Source: the human T2T-CHM13v2.0 reference genome, Homo sapiens. From it: a stretch of 64,000 nucleotides of DNA. The stretch is from NCBI RefSeq assembly GCF_009914755.1, contig NC_060935.1, one strand, 5' to 3'. The position numbers and the translations under genes were made by a program. This document shows, piece after piece, positions 44,127 to 57,144 of the stretch (its first letter is position 1; every line of letters begins with the position of its first letter). The notes under the pieces were generated by a model. The model was given only the letters and a program-made list of their open reading frames with translations. It was not told the origin of the DNA and did no database searches.

Positions 44127-46557
44127 CTCACCTTTCAATTTCAGATAAGGAACTAGAAGGTGACACGTGAAATCTGTACCGGACTTCTAGGATGCTGTTC
44201 ATTACACCACCCACCTCCTCTCGGGTCCTGATTACATTTTTATGTCAAACATTTAATTTCTCAGTGCCCCATCACCCAGCTAGTGGCCATGTGCCACCCC
44301 TACATACAGAGGAGGGCCCTGACCCTTTCTAGTCCTGTGCTCAGCTTCCATTGAGTCTTCTGAGGCTGCCGAGTCTTTGGCCCTGGGTAGTGGATACATC
44401 TGTGGTGGACACTAAATTCCAAGCAGGGCTACACTCAGCCTCCTTTTCCTGTTCCCACCACACACAGGCAGTCCATGGTCTCTTAGGATTGTGCACCCAC
44501 AGGAATGCAGGCCTTTGTGTTTATATCCCCCTCAACAGTTCACAAGGGCCAGCTGAGGTCCAGCAGGACTTCAGGAGTGGGTAGACGAAAGCTCTGTCTA
44601 GCAAACCCCATTCTGTTCAGTCCCCAAGACCCGCAGCCCACTGCCCCCTCCTCCTCCTCATCGGAAGTCCTCGTTTCCTGTCCCATTTCACCCTGCCTCT
44701 CCCCCCTCCGACAACACTTTCTGCTTGGACCAGCAGCCCATGGGGGTTTCAGGGAGCAGTCTCCCTGCCCCACTTTCTGCATTTTCCCTCTGCTCTCAGG
44801 TTCCCTTTTCTTCCTGATGCATGGACCAGGACGATCCTGAGCAGCTCCCCTGGGAAGACTGTTCCCCCACAGGCTGGTTTCAGGGGATACCAGGACTGCT
44901 GCACCTCCACACTCATGTTTTCCACTCCCCTCAAAGTCCAGGCTGATAGGAGAGCAGCGTTACTGTCCAACTCTGCCAAACGTGTGTCTCCATTCCCATT
45001 TGGAGGGTGTGTCTGGAATCCTTGTTTACAAGGTGTAGAGGTGGAAGAGTTCATCCCAGAGCCCCATGGCCCTGTACACCTCACTGCAGTTAGCTGGAAG
45101 ATGGTTAAAGCAGTGAGTGACTTTTTTTCTAGAGCTGTTGCCCTCCCAGCCTGGGCTACAAACAATCAGTGCTTGAATCTTCCTGCCTACCCCCACCCCA
45201 ATCAGGCCTTTAGGGCACTAAGTTGGAAAGGAGCCTGGACTTCAGAGTCAAACAGGCCTGGGCTCTACTGTGGTTTTACCTTACTGTGTCATCTTGGGTG
45301 GGTTAGGATACTGTACAGGTGATGTGTCCTCAGGGTGTCACACCTGAGGCACCTGGTGTTTTGTCTTCATGCATGTTCTTTAGAAAGTCACGTGGAGGGG
45401 GTTTTCCATCTGGGCTGGGCCAGGCCACTTAATGGGCCTGTCGCTGGTGGGCTGGCCGGTTCTGAGAAGATCTGGCAGGTGACTGCGGTTGGTCAGCCAT
45501 TCAAGGCTACTACTGGAGAGTCCGGGAAATACCTCAGGTGCTCTCTGCATTTCCACAGGCAAGTCTGTAACTTCTGAGGTGTCCTGCAAAGGCAGGTAGC
45601 TGGCAAATCTGTGAATGGATGAGTGCACAGAGGAGGTCCCAGGTGAGGGTGACAGCCCAGCAACACACTTCCCCAGTCACACCTGCTCTTTGGAAGGTTC
45701 CAGCAAGGCTGTGGAGAGGACCCAAGGGCCTGTGACTGCCACCTCCCAGTAGACCCCAAGGACCTCCAGCCTCTGCTCTCCCCTCAAGGGTCCTGTCGCT
45801 CCCTTGGTGGCCATTAGCTGTGGTGGCCAGAGCTGTTCTCCACTCTACCTCCCAGGGCCTCTATCAGCAGCTGACGGTTCCTGCGGCTTGTAATGTTCCT
45901 GCTGATCTGCCTCACTCACTACCCGTCACCGCTGATGAACTTTCCCAAAAGTCAGCCCAGAACTCCTTAAGGGAAGGGGCAGCCTCGTTGTGGTAGTTCC
46001 AGCACCCTGTACCAAGCAGGTTCTTAGTAAATGCTGACTGTTGAGTGGCCCCTTTCTGAAATAAATTCCTTGTTCTCAAATATATCCTGGATCTGGTCCC
46101 CTTGGGTCCAATCAGCGCTTGAACCAGACAGCAATGACTGACCACCTCTACTCAAGAGTTTCTGGTTTATTTGGAGCCTCTACCCCACCCAACCCTAAGG
46201 CTGGGAACCCTTTTGCCTTCCTTTTTTCTTAAAGGAAGTTAATCCCAGCACATGTGAAAGATGGACCATCCATCCCAATGCCTCATGTCCTGGGCTTCAT
46301 TTCTCCATTTCTCCCAGGGCACCCTGGGAGTCTACATGCAAACAGAGATACTAGAAAGTTAACTTCCGGAAACCCCCTTGATAGGCCAATTCGTCCCCTT
46401 TTCTCTCTCTCCATGTGATTTTTTTTTTTCAAAAAATATATTTTGTAGTTTTTTTTTCCTTATCACCAATACATACCCAATGTGGAAAACTGAGAAAAAG
46501 CAGGTTTGTAAAAAGAATAAAATGCTTCGCCATAATCTCACTCTGCAGACAACCTAC

Positions 46558-46596
46558 AATGGCAAAAATCGCAATTAATTTTGCACCAACCTAATA
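46558..46596. mobile_element. Half MADE1 (Hsmar1 MITE) terminal inverted repeat
   Basis: aatggcaaaaatcgcaattaattttgcaccaacctaa+ta matches one arm of MADE1 with 2 mismatches. Confidence 0.85.
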
Positions 46597-46669
46597 CTAG
46601 GATTTCAGTGCACAGCCTTCCAGGCCTACATTTAGGTTTGTTTGAAACAGGAACATGCGGTTCAACCGC

Positions 46670-48030
46670 CAACCTGAGCCCGCGTCCCCTAAGGCCAATA
46701 CCACCATCCTGACCCTCCTTGGGAGGTCCTGAAATGACCCCAGTTCCAGGGGCAACGAAATGCATACGCTTTCGAGGGAAGGAGGGGAGGAAACGACCCT
46801 GTGGCGCAGGTCTGCACGGCCAAGGGGGTTCCCTGAGCTGGTGGAGCGGCGTGGCGTGGCCTAGGAAGTCCCTGGGCGAGGGAGGCGGGGCGCGGCGTGG
46901 TGGGGGCGACTGGGTGGTGCAGGCCTGCGCACGCGCGCAGCCGTGGGCGGGACGGGCGGCCTGGGGGCTTCGCCGCCAGGTGGCAGGCGTGCGCCACGCC
47001 CGCAGGTTCCAGCCCCGACCCGGGCGCGCGGGGCCGACTAGGGTCGGGTCCAGTGTGCGGTGGTCGCTCCGCTCCGGGCCGCTCCGCTCTGGGCGTCAGG
47101 GCGCGGGGAGCTGCCCCGGGGTTCTGTCCACCGGGGAGGAAAGCCACGAGCACTGAGCGCCTCCTGAGAGCCAGCCCTGACGTGAACTCATTTTATCTGC
47201 CACGACCCAGAAGGTGGGCGCAATTTTCCTATGTTCCAGGTGTGAAAAGTGAGGCTCAGGGAGCTAGGCAGTTGCCCAAGGGGACACAGCAGTGACGGCT
47301 CTGGGACGAAGCCCAGGTGTCCAGACGCGATGGCCTCTTCCCGCGTTCTCGGCGGGTACGGCGCGCCGCCTGCCTGCGGCCCGCGGGGAGGTGGTCGGGT
47401 GGCCGCCCCGGCTCCTCCTCGGGCCCCTGAGGATTTCCGGCCGGGACCCCGAGGAGGGCCCTGTGGCCTTGCGGCATCCGTGGTCACGATTCCAGCCCCA
47501 CACGGCCTCCCGCCAGTCCCTGCGAGTGCCCAAGACGGGGCCGCCCCTCCCGTCTCCTCCCTTCTCTCCCCTCCCCGGCGTCTCCCGCCGAGGGCGCTGC
47601 AGGCGGCCTGGTTGGGATGAGGGCGGGCAGGCGGCCCACAAGCAGGGGCCTGTTTCCTGACTCGTTTGACCCTGGCTGTCCCTGCGGAGGCCCCAGCAGA
47701 CCCAGCAAGGTCATCTAGGGCGAAATTCCAGTCTGAGCCCTGAGCAGTGACTTAAGTTTTCCCGATAAGGCTCAAGAAGGGACACAGATTGTCCTCCCCA
47801 CACCCCGCACTCTGTCAGCACCTCCACTCTGGTGAAGCCTCTGCTGCAGACAGCCCGGCTCGAGAAGAGACAAAGATAGACTTGGGACAGATAAGGACAG
47901 AGACAGCCAGGGAGAGAGGGGCAAGGAGCTCAGAGGTGAAGATGGGGCCGCGCCGATGGGGAGGCAGCGGGTCTGCGGCCGCCGAGATGGGAAGTGGGCC
48001 CTGGAGCGGGCTTGCCGAGCCTACGACCGG
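46670..48030. promoter_or_regulatory. CpG island promoter (probably the SBF2-AS1 / LINC02709 lncRNA start region)
   Basis: Abrupt GC- and CpG-rich block; GC box 46881-46891, ETS core aggaagt 46863-46869, NRF1 TGCGCACGCGCG 46926-46937, CTCF-like CCGCCAGGTGGCAG 46973-46986, KLF gccacgccc ~46993-47001. The lncRNA names come from locus recall only. Confidence 0.85.
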
Positions 48031-49829
48031 GGCTGGGATGTTGGAGGAAGACGTGGTCATGAGGGCTGAAAAAGAAGGGGTTTTTGGTAGGTAGAAAAAT
48101 GGATTGGGCTGGCAGCTCGAAGGCCACAGCCCTGTACCTCTGGGCCTGGTCTCGTGTGTGCACCTGGGACCGGTGGGTGAGGGGTGATGTAGAGTCAATG
48201 AGGGACGAGCTCGCTGAGTCTCCAGGAGGCAGGAGTGGAGAGGGCGAGGGAGGGAGGGTAGGACCTGTATACCTACGGTGGAGGGGGCAGGCGGGGGACA
48301 GATGCTGCTGGGCCAAGACTACTGAGTCTCTCCTGCCTGCTGGAGGTCCCTAGCTCAGGACTTATTCCATGCACACTCTGATAGAATATTTACGCCCAAC
48401 ACTAACTGTTTGGCTTGGCAAATAAGCAAAGCCATAAAGTCACAGCTGGCCTGTAGGCTCCCAGTCACCATGTGCAGCTGAGTCACAACCACTTCCCCCA
48501 CCCCCTGGGGAGCAAGCGCCTATGCTCATGCCTGCACTCAGACACATATCCACACAGATACCCACAGATGCCGCGTGCCACTGAGTCATAGCTACCTCCT
48601 CAGAGAGCACGTGCCTGCATGTACTTGCACACAGGTCCCCACAGATGCCATATACACCTGAGTGTGAGTCATCATCACCACTGAACCCTGAGGGAGGGCA
48701 CCCAGAGTGTGTTCTGCCATCCTTGCTTAGAGATACCCATATACACACATATACAGATATGTGCCCACCACACATCCTGTTGTACCTGCTGCATCATACC
48801 AGCAGATCAATAAATGTTTGTGGAATGAATGAATGAGTAAACAAATGAATGAACTAACAAGTGAAAACGTGAGTGACAACCACACTGCGTGGATACTCAG
48901 TAAAATTGGTTGGGGCAGCCCTGCGGGGTGGGTCCCAAGCTCTGTGTCCAGAAGGAGTTGTCTTGCTCCAAATATATCCTCTGTGGGCGGGCAGGGAGCC
49001 AGGGCTGCCTCCCAGACCCTGACTTCACTGGGCCGGAGGCCCAACCTCTGAGGAGTTGAAGAAAATTAACAAAGAAGAGGCCCTGGCTTTCTGTAGCCAA
49101 GGCTGAGCTGTGAGATGAGTTGGTGGGGGCATGTGTACTCTGGAAATACCACTTACTCAGAGACCTGAGATGCAGGACAGAGTGCTCTGCTGAAGGGCCC
49201 AGAGAGGACTGGTTCTGGATTGGGCTTCTTGGGAACTCTGCCCCAAATGTGCAGAATGTGCAGGAGGCCTGGTTCCACTTGAGATCTGGGGCAAATACAG
49301 TGCTTGGGCTGAGCTGGTGATTGCAAAACTGAGGCCCCCTATTAGACAGTTTTCCATCTAGGCCTGCCCTTCTGGCTTGGGCTTGTTCCCAGAGCTGCTT
49401 TCCTGTCTCTCCCTTGAATCTTCTTTTCTGAAGCCCCTGTGTCTCTGCCCTAATTCATCATCTGGAATATTTTAATATTACCCCAACTGGTCTTCCCGCC
49501 TTTAGACAGTAAGACCTATCTATCTTGCTTATAGCTGTCAGAGTTATTTTTCTAAAATACAGGTCCAACTATATAACTTTCCTGTTCAAAATCCTTCCAT
49601 AGCTTCCCACTTTTCAGCATTAAAGTTGGATGGCCTCAGCCCTGTGATGAGATCCTTCATGACCTTACTCCCCTCTACCTGGAGGTTATGAAAGGGTAAC
49701 ATGTGGATGGATAGTTGTTGGTTATATGGATCGATGGGTGATGGGTGGACTCTAGGATAATGGATGCTTATAGGGATGAATGGACTAGTGGACTGATCTG
49801 TAGACAGATGATTAGAAGTATAAATGATC

Positions 49830-50148
<319 letters not shown>

Positions 50149-50499
50149 TTAGGAGGGCATGTAGGGTTGGAGAGATGGGTGGATGGATGGTTGGAAGGAT
50201 ACTGCTCAAGTCAAGGTTGTTTTTGTTGCAAGGAACAAAGAAAACTCCAAATGTTTTCAAGAATGAGGAGTACAATTGTGAGAATACAGTGGACAACCTT
50301 GCAGAGAGCACTGACATTCAGGCCTCATGAAGATTGGAACTGGAAAGTCAGGAACGGTGGCTCTTCTCTCCGTCTCCCGAGGACCTCAAGGTTCCTTTCT
50401 CACATTTCTCTGTACTCATTCCTGTCTCAGCAGGCTCCCTCTGCTCGATTTTCTTGCTCATGGTCTACTCTCAGCCACTCTTACTCATTCCTTCTACAA

Positions 50500-51290
50500 G
50501 TTTTTACCAAGTGCTTATTTATGTGACTGTTTGTACCTCAACAAAGCTCCTACGTGTTGAAAAATAGCAAGCAAAACAAAGTTGCTGCATTTATGAAGCA
50601 TACTTTCTAATGAGGAGAGAGAGACAGTAGGCAGTTACATGTGTGCTGACGTTAAATGCTATGGAAAAAATAAAGCAGGGAGCAGTTTGGGGAGGGGTTG
50701 GGTTTCTGCTGCATATAGGATACTCAGAGGGGGTGTCCCTGATATGGTCATATTTGAGCAGAGATCTGAAGAAATTGAGGGGGTGAGCCGTGAAGATATC
50801 TGGGGGAAGAATGCTCTAGGAAGAGGGCGTGGCAAGTGCAGTGGTCCTGAGGTGGGAACTGTGTGGCACTGTGTGAGGAACATCAGTGAGGCTGGTGTGG
50901 CTGATGTTGTGTGAACATGGGGAGGATGGTGGAAGATGAGGTCAGACGGGTAGCAGAGGACAGATCATGAATTGTGTTACAAGCCATTGTGAGGACTTAG
51001 ACTTTTACTCCAAGAAGGAGGGGAGGCATTAGAGGATATTCAACAGAGAAATGACATGATCTTAGATTTTAAAAAGGACCTCTCTGGCTGCCGTGATGAG
51101 AATAGACTGAAAGGGACAAGGTGGGAAAGGGAGACAGACAGGGAGACCACTTAGGAGGCAACTGCAGAAATCCAGGTGAGAGATGTTGGTGGCTTGGACC
51201 AGGGTGGCAGTGGTGAGGGCAGTGATAAGTGGTCCAGTTTAGGACGTATTTTGAAGGTAATCAGGATTTGCTGATGGATGGGATATGGGT
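50500..51290. mobile_element. L2 fragment
   Basis: tttgagcagagatctgaag...gacttttactc...aggcaactgcagaaatccaggtgagagatg..ggtggcttggaccaggg. Confidence 0.75.
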
Positions 51291-52204
51291 GCGACCTCCC
51301 TCTGGTGAGGTGGCCCTGCTCAAATCAGCTGTGGACAAGGAGGATACGTGGTATAGTGTGGCTGTCTAGCTCCACCCTCCAGCAGAGGCAGCTTGACATT
51401 TGTCTTGGATAATGAGGGCTAAATGCAGGGTTGAGAGTCACGCCCAGCAGCAAAGTTGTTTCTGTCTGAACTGTAAGGTCACTCTAAATCCCACTCTTTC
51501 AAGGCAGGTATATTCAGCAGGCTTAATTGAAAACTGGAACATAGCTTACCATTGTTAGGATAGAACTGGAGCTTGAAGTGACCTGACTTCTCAGTGAGAC
51601 CAAACATTCACACTCTCCAAGGAAGAAAATGAAGGAAGAGAATGTTTATGACTGGCTAAGTCTGTCACCATCCAGTACAGAGAACCTCATTTGGGCAGAG
51701 TTTTATGGCAAGCTATTGAAGTTATATATGTACGCATATGTCTGACAGATCTATATCTATAGAATATATCATATATGTGTGTAATACATAAGCTACTATA
51801 TATATATGTGTGTGTATATATGTTAAGATTATACACATACAAACACAGTTGCCTTTAGTTGAGGAACCCCAAGAACCTGCCCCTTGTCCAGTCAGGGTTG
51901 CTGCCCAGAGAAATAGAACTGATTTCACTTAATACACATGATATGATCCTGAAACTTTAAGCAGAAAGAAATGTTTGTGTCCATTTTCCTTAGAAAGGGG
52001 AGGTGGGTATGGTGGGTACCAGAACTTAGACATTCCTTTGTATTATAAATGAGTTGTGAGGATAGTGAGTAGATGTATGTAACATAAATAAAGGAATGTT
52101 TAGGATGATGACTATTTAGGCTGATGATAGACTAGATTACATCAGATTAGATAGATAGGCACAGGTGGCTGGACAGAATGTGAACATGGATTGTTGATAG
52201 CTAG

Positions 52205-52346
52205 TTCTCTGTGAGCCAGGAAGCAGACCCTCACCAGACACCAGATCTGTTAGTGCCTTAATTTTGGACTTTCCAACCTTCAGAACGGCAAGAAATACAT
52301 TTCTGTTGATTATAAGCCACCCAGTCTGTGGATGTCCTGTTGTAGC
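52205..52346 (+). mobile_element. MLT1A/MST-type MaLR LTR 3' fragment
   Basis: ccctcaccagacacc...ttggactttcca...agaaatacatttctgttg.ttataagccacccagtctgtgg...gactaagaca. Confidence 0.75.
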
Positions 52347-52487
52347 AGCTCAGACTGACTAAGACAGATGGTTGAATTACATTGAGAAATGGACAGTTGG
52401 ATGATGGCTGTTTAGATTGGTGGATGTGTGAATTTTAGGTTACTGGATGGACAGCAAATGGAGGGATGAACAGCTTGATACCTTATA

Positions 52488-52660
52488 GAAGTGGTGCCTC
52501 AAAGTCACTTGGAAACTTTGTTACACACAGACTGCTGGACCCTACTGCCAGAGTTTTCGATTTGATAGATCTGTGGTGGGGCCTCAGAGTTTGCATTTCC
52601 AACAAGTTTCTAGGTAATGCTGATACTCCTAGTCTAGAGGCCGTCCTCTGAGAACCACTG
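52488..52660. mobile_element. MER5A
   Basis: ttgcatttccaacaagtttctaggtaatgctgat...ctgagaaccactg. Confidence 0.75.
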
Positions 52661-53099
52661 CCCTGTGGTATGCCTGGAAGTGTCCCATGCCAGTAGAGCC
52701 AAAATGGCCTTGCCAAGCTGGAATGGAGGAATCTGGGGACCCTGGACTTAGGGATGTCATCCAGCAGGGCTCCAGGCATCCTGTCACTGGCAATGGGCTT
52801 AATGTCCACAATAGGCCTAGAGGCCCATGGCTCTTCTTCCAGGGATGTAGCACCCTTGTTTAGGACATCATGGCCCACCATGGTCTGTCCAGTCATCTCT
52901 AACCCCTGCCATCCTCAACTAGGGTTGAATAAGATCCATAAGGTACATGTACTTGGCCATCCAAGGGCGCTGGCCTTGGCTGTGGGGCATATAGAGCACT
53001 CAGAGGCAGTGCCACAGCCAGCCTAGTGCCCAGGAGCCAGCTTCAAAGGATTAGAGATGTTCCCTCTGAGCCCTACCCTGCTGAGGGGCCCTGGCAAGC

Positions 53100-54125
53100 C
53101 CTCCTGGTTTGTCAAAAACACTTTTATGTTTGTTGTCCCTGTTTTCTCAGGCATTGTCAACCTCTCATCTGAACAAGATTCTGCTTATCAACATTTAAAC
53201 ATGCTTGAATCTCACTTACCTTAAAAAACAACAAAAGCCCCTTTCTTTGACTCCATGTCTTACTGCAGCTACTGCCCCACCCTCCTCTCAACCACGGTCA
53301 AACATCTCCAGAGCACTGTCTCTTTCCTCACACCTCACATGCCTCCTGTCCATGACAGCCTGGCCTCTACCTGCCTCACTTCACCGAAACAGCACTCCCT
53401 AAAATCACTGGTGAGGTGACCTTCAGGACACTAAATCCAAAGTGCATTTTTCATTCTACTCTTCTTTTAGATTTTCCAGCAGCATCCAAACATTCTCTTG
53501 CTTCTGGAAACACTCTTCTCCATTCATTGCAAGGCACAACAATGCTCTTTCTCTGTTCACCCTCTATTCCAGGTTTATCCTCCTTTACCTGGCCATTGAA
53601 TATTAGTGTCCTTAAGACACAGGCTGGGCTCTTTTCTTACTTAATACTCTTCCTTCTTGGCAGTTTTATCCATGTCCTCAAGCTACCATCTACTTTTCTC
53701 CCTCCCAAATAAGTATCTTCAGCTTATTCACCTCTTGATATCCAAGTGCTCAGCCTCTTCACTGGGACATCTCAAAGGCACCTCAGCCTCTAACTAAGGC
53801 CAAACAGGATATTTTCCCCTCCTCCACCCAACCCTGGTCATCCTTTGGTGTTCACCATCTCAGGGAAAGATACCACCATCCGTTCAGCTGGGTAACTCAG
53901 AAACCTAGCAGGTCCTTTGACACCTGTGTCCCCCAGTCTTCATGGCCAAACCACCACCAGTATCTCTCCGTTTTCCTAAGTACCTCTTGAGTCTACAGTT
54001 TTCGTCATCTTCACTATCCCATCCTAGTCCAAACCATCTCTTCTCTGAACCATGACAGTTACCTCTGAAGTGGTCTCTCCACTGCCCCTCTTGTGTCCCT
54101 CCAACCCATTCTCCATGTTGCAGCC
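53100..54125. mobile_element. L2 fragment
   Basis: Pyrimidine-rich L2 motifs (ctccactgggacatctcaaaggcacctca; ccatcctagtccaaacc). Confidence 0.65.
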
Positions 54126-56421
54126 ACTCTGCACGTGGGTTCCATCTGGCAGCTCAGAGATGGGGAGATGAATCGCCTGGGGGTAGGCCCTGCTCAGGGT
54201 CATGGCAGAGGCTGGGCCTCAGGCTTCCCTGCCCCACTCTCAGCCAGGGCCCTTTCCAGGACAGGAAGGCAGGCCCACACGTAGGCTGGAGGCCCCACTA
54301 GACACACAGCTCAGCCAGGCCTCCAGGGAATGGAGAAGAGGCTTTGAAATTTGCAGTATCAAGTTTCAGAAAACACAGGGTCAGGGTCAGCAGAGCAGCT
54401 GGTAGTGGGGAAGGCCAGGCCCAGCTAATTTCCTGTCAGAAGGGCCCAGAGGCTTCAGCCCCTCTCTGGGCTGGCCACAGGGGAGGAGATGCCGGGAATG
54501 GTTCACATTCTTCTGGCTGGGGCTGCACTGAACCTCAGGGGACCTGTGGGGAGTGAGGAGGTGGATCTGCTGAGGCCAGAGTTGGGGGCTTTCCGTAGGG
54601 ACCAGGCATCTGTTGTTCAACTCTTAGGCTTGGATGAGGCCAGGGACTGCAGAGGAGATGCAAAAAGACCATTGCAGCTGTGGGAGCTGTAGGATAAATA
54701 AGCCTAACTTCATGTTTTACAGATGAGGAAATAGGCTCAGACAGGGCCAGATCCTCACCAGGATCCTGCATAGTATCTCATTCTAAGCCCTGAGCTCTCT
54801 GTTTCTAATTGCCCAGGTCTGGATTTCCTGGAAGGCCCAGCTATGGCTGAGCTGTGTGTCAGTGGGGGACATGCTGGCCTTGGCTCCTCCTGCTCACCTC
54901 CAGGCTAGGAGATGCACTTCTTAGGTGCTCTAGCTGTGGGGTGGGTGGCCACGGTATGGAGTGGGTATGAGAGGGCTAAGTTAGCTGTGGGCCCATCCCA
55001 CCTCTCCTTGGAGTGCCCAAGCTCATTCTGCCCACAAAGAGAACTTTATGTCCTGGTCCAGTGTCTAAGAGGGTGAGGCAGTCCTGGCTTTGAATGGCCC
55101 TGTAAGTGGCCTGGCCAGGCTGGGTGTGACGTAGAGGTCAGAGGTCCCCTGTACTCTTAATTCTGTGGTGCCAAGACTGGCCTGGTTGACCTGTCAGGAC
55201 TGGGGAGAAGAGCACAGGATGCAGTTAGACAAGCCTGGGTTCAAATCCCAGTTCCATCAGGCACTGCTGTGTGGCCTTGGAGAAGGTCGTTTAACCTCCT
55301 GAAATCATGGACTCCTCGGCTGTTAAAATGGGGAGGGGCTACTTAACTTCTTTCTCTAAGCCCAGACGTGTGATCGGTGTGTGTGTATGTGACTTGGGGA
55401 ACCCCTCCCGGATCCTGGAAGTGCTGCACATACCCTCACTACCAGCTGGGAAGCATATGCCTGCTCCTGAAGTCAGCACCAGGGCCTGGGTGCCCCCCAC
55501 CTGGTCATCCTTTCTCTACTCCTGGCACTTGAGTCTGAGGCTGGGGCCATTCTTAGATGTCCCAGACATCAACCTGACAGTCTTCAAGTGCCCCTCTCCT
55601 CCTTTATCCCCTCTGTCTCCATCAGTTAGGCCCTACATCCTACAGATACCACCTCAGGCATGTCTCTGGAGCTCCCACGTCTATCCAGCCCAACTGCCTT
55701 CTCAGGTTGGGATAATTACAGCAGCTGCTCACTGGCCTGCCTCCCTCCCAGTCCCCCTTCGCCATCCTCACCAGGGAGATCTTTCTAAAATACATGTCAC
55801 AAACCTGACTTAACTTCTTTTCCTTGCTCCTCGTGATTTCACCTTTGCCCAGTGATCTTATCCTTTAATACTCGGCCTAAATGTCATTTACTCAGGAAGT
55901 CCTCTCTTACCCCAAGGCTGGGCTATGAGCTCCTCCCATCTTTCTGCAGGCTCCTACTTGCTCTCACCCTATCATAGCTCTGGTTACACCAGAAATCATA
56001 TCTTGGATAGTAGGTTATTTTATTTGGGGTCCAGAGTATCCAGGAGCAGGCATTAGCACAGAAGAAGCATCAATAAATGTATGTTGAATGAAAGAAAATG
56101 CACAGACAAGTGCATGGGAAGATGGACACACTGGTTTTGGGTGACCAGCTCATTCATAATAGGTTCCATCATACAGCTGTGAGGGGAGAGACTGAGATTT
56201 GGGAGAACATGTGCATGGTCAGGGCTTACCCTGACACCGCACATACTAAAATGCTGGGCAGGTAAATAATAACCAGTTGCCCCCCAACTGGTGAGTCTCA
56301 GCCTCCCAGTGTACCTCCTGCTCAGGTGAAGGCTAGTGATGGAGCCGTGGTAGACAAGCCCTATCCCCACCTGCTAAATTCAGCTGCCCTCAGGAAATAT
56401 GCTGTTAAGAGATGACAGAGA

Positions 56422-56792
56422 TGATATGGTTTGGCTGTGTCCCCGCCCAAATCTCATCTTGAATTGTAGTTCCTATAATGCCCACATGTCGTGGGAGGGA
56501 CCCAGTGGGAGGTAATTTAATCATGGGGGCAGTTACCCTCATGCTGTTCTTGTGATCCTGAGTTCTCACGAGATCTGATGGTTTTACAAGGGGCTTTTCC
56601 CCCTTTTGCTCAGCACTTCTTGTTGTTGCCACCATGTGAAGAAGGACATGTTTGCTTTCCCTTCCACCATAATTGTAAGTTTCCTGAGGCCTCCCCAGCC
56701 ATGCTGAACTGTGAGTCAATTAAACCTCTTTCCTTTATAAATTACCCAGTCTTGGGTATGTCTTTATTAGCAGCATGAGATAGACTAATACA
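56422..56792 (+). mobile_element. THE1 (MaLR) solo LTR
   Basis: tgatatggtttggctgtgtcccc...gactaataca; TSD agaga. Confidence 0.93.
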
Positions 56793-57144
56793 AGAGAGGT
56801 CACGAAAAACAGGTGGAATCCAGGCAGTGGGTGGGCCTACGTCAGAAAGAGTCTGCATGCGTAAGTGCCAGTATCACTAGGGTGTGTATATGTGAGAACA
56901 TGTATGCCCTTGTTTGTGTTGCATGTGTGTGCACAGGATTATATGTTTGCATGTGTGAGTGTCCCTCTTGGCCTTGCAGCAGCTGCCTCTGCATATCACA
57001 TTGCACCTATGCCCCTCTGCCTCATCTTATTCTCCCTAGGCCATCCCCCATCCAATTTGCTTGTTCTGAGCTCCTGCCCCCAGTATACAGCTGTTGTACG
57101 AATACGATGCAATTGCACAAATCACTGTGGTTCATTATATAGCC

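Noticed and set aside
46689-48353. Many overlapping 100-154 aa ORFs on both strands across the CpG island
   Set aside because: Expected from high GC content (few stop codons); Pro/Arg/Gly/Ala-rich with no recognisable domain or consistent splice structure
55307-55813. 168-aa ORF, the longest in the track
   Set aside because: Begins in a MIR and runs into L2-like sequence; no recognisable homology or splice context
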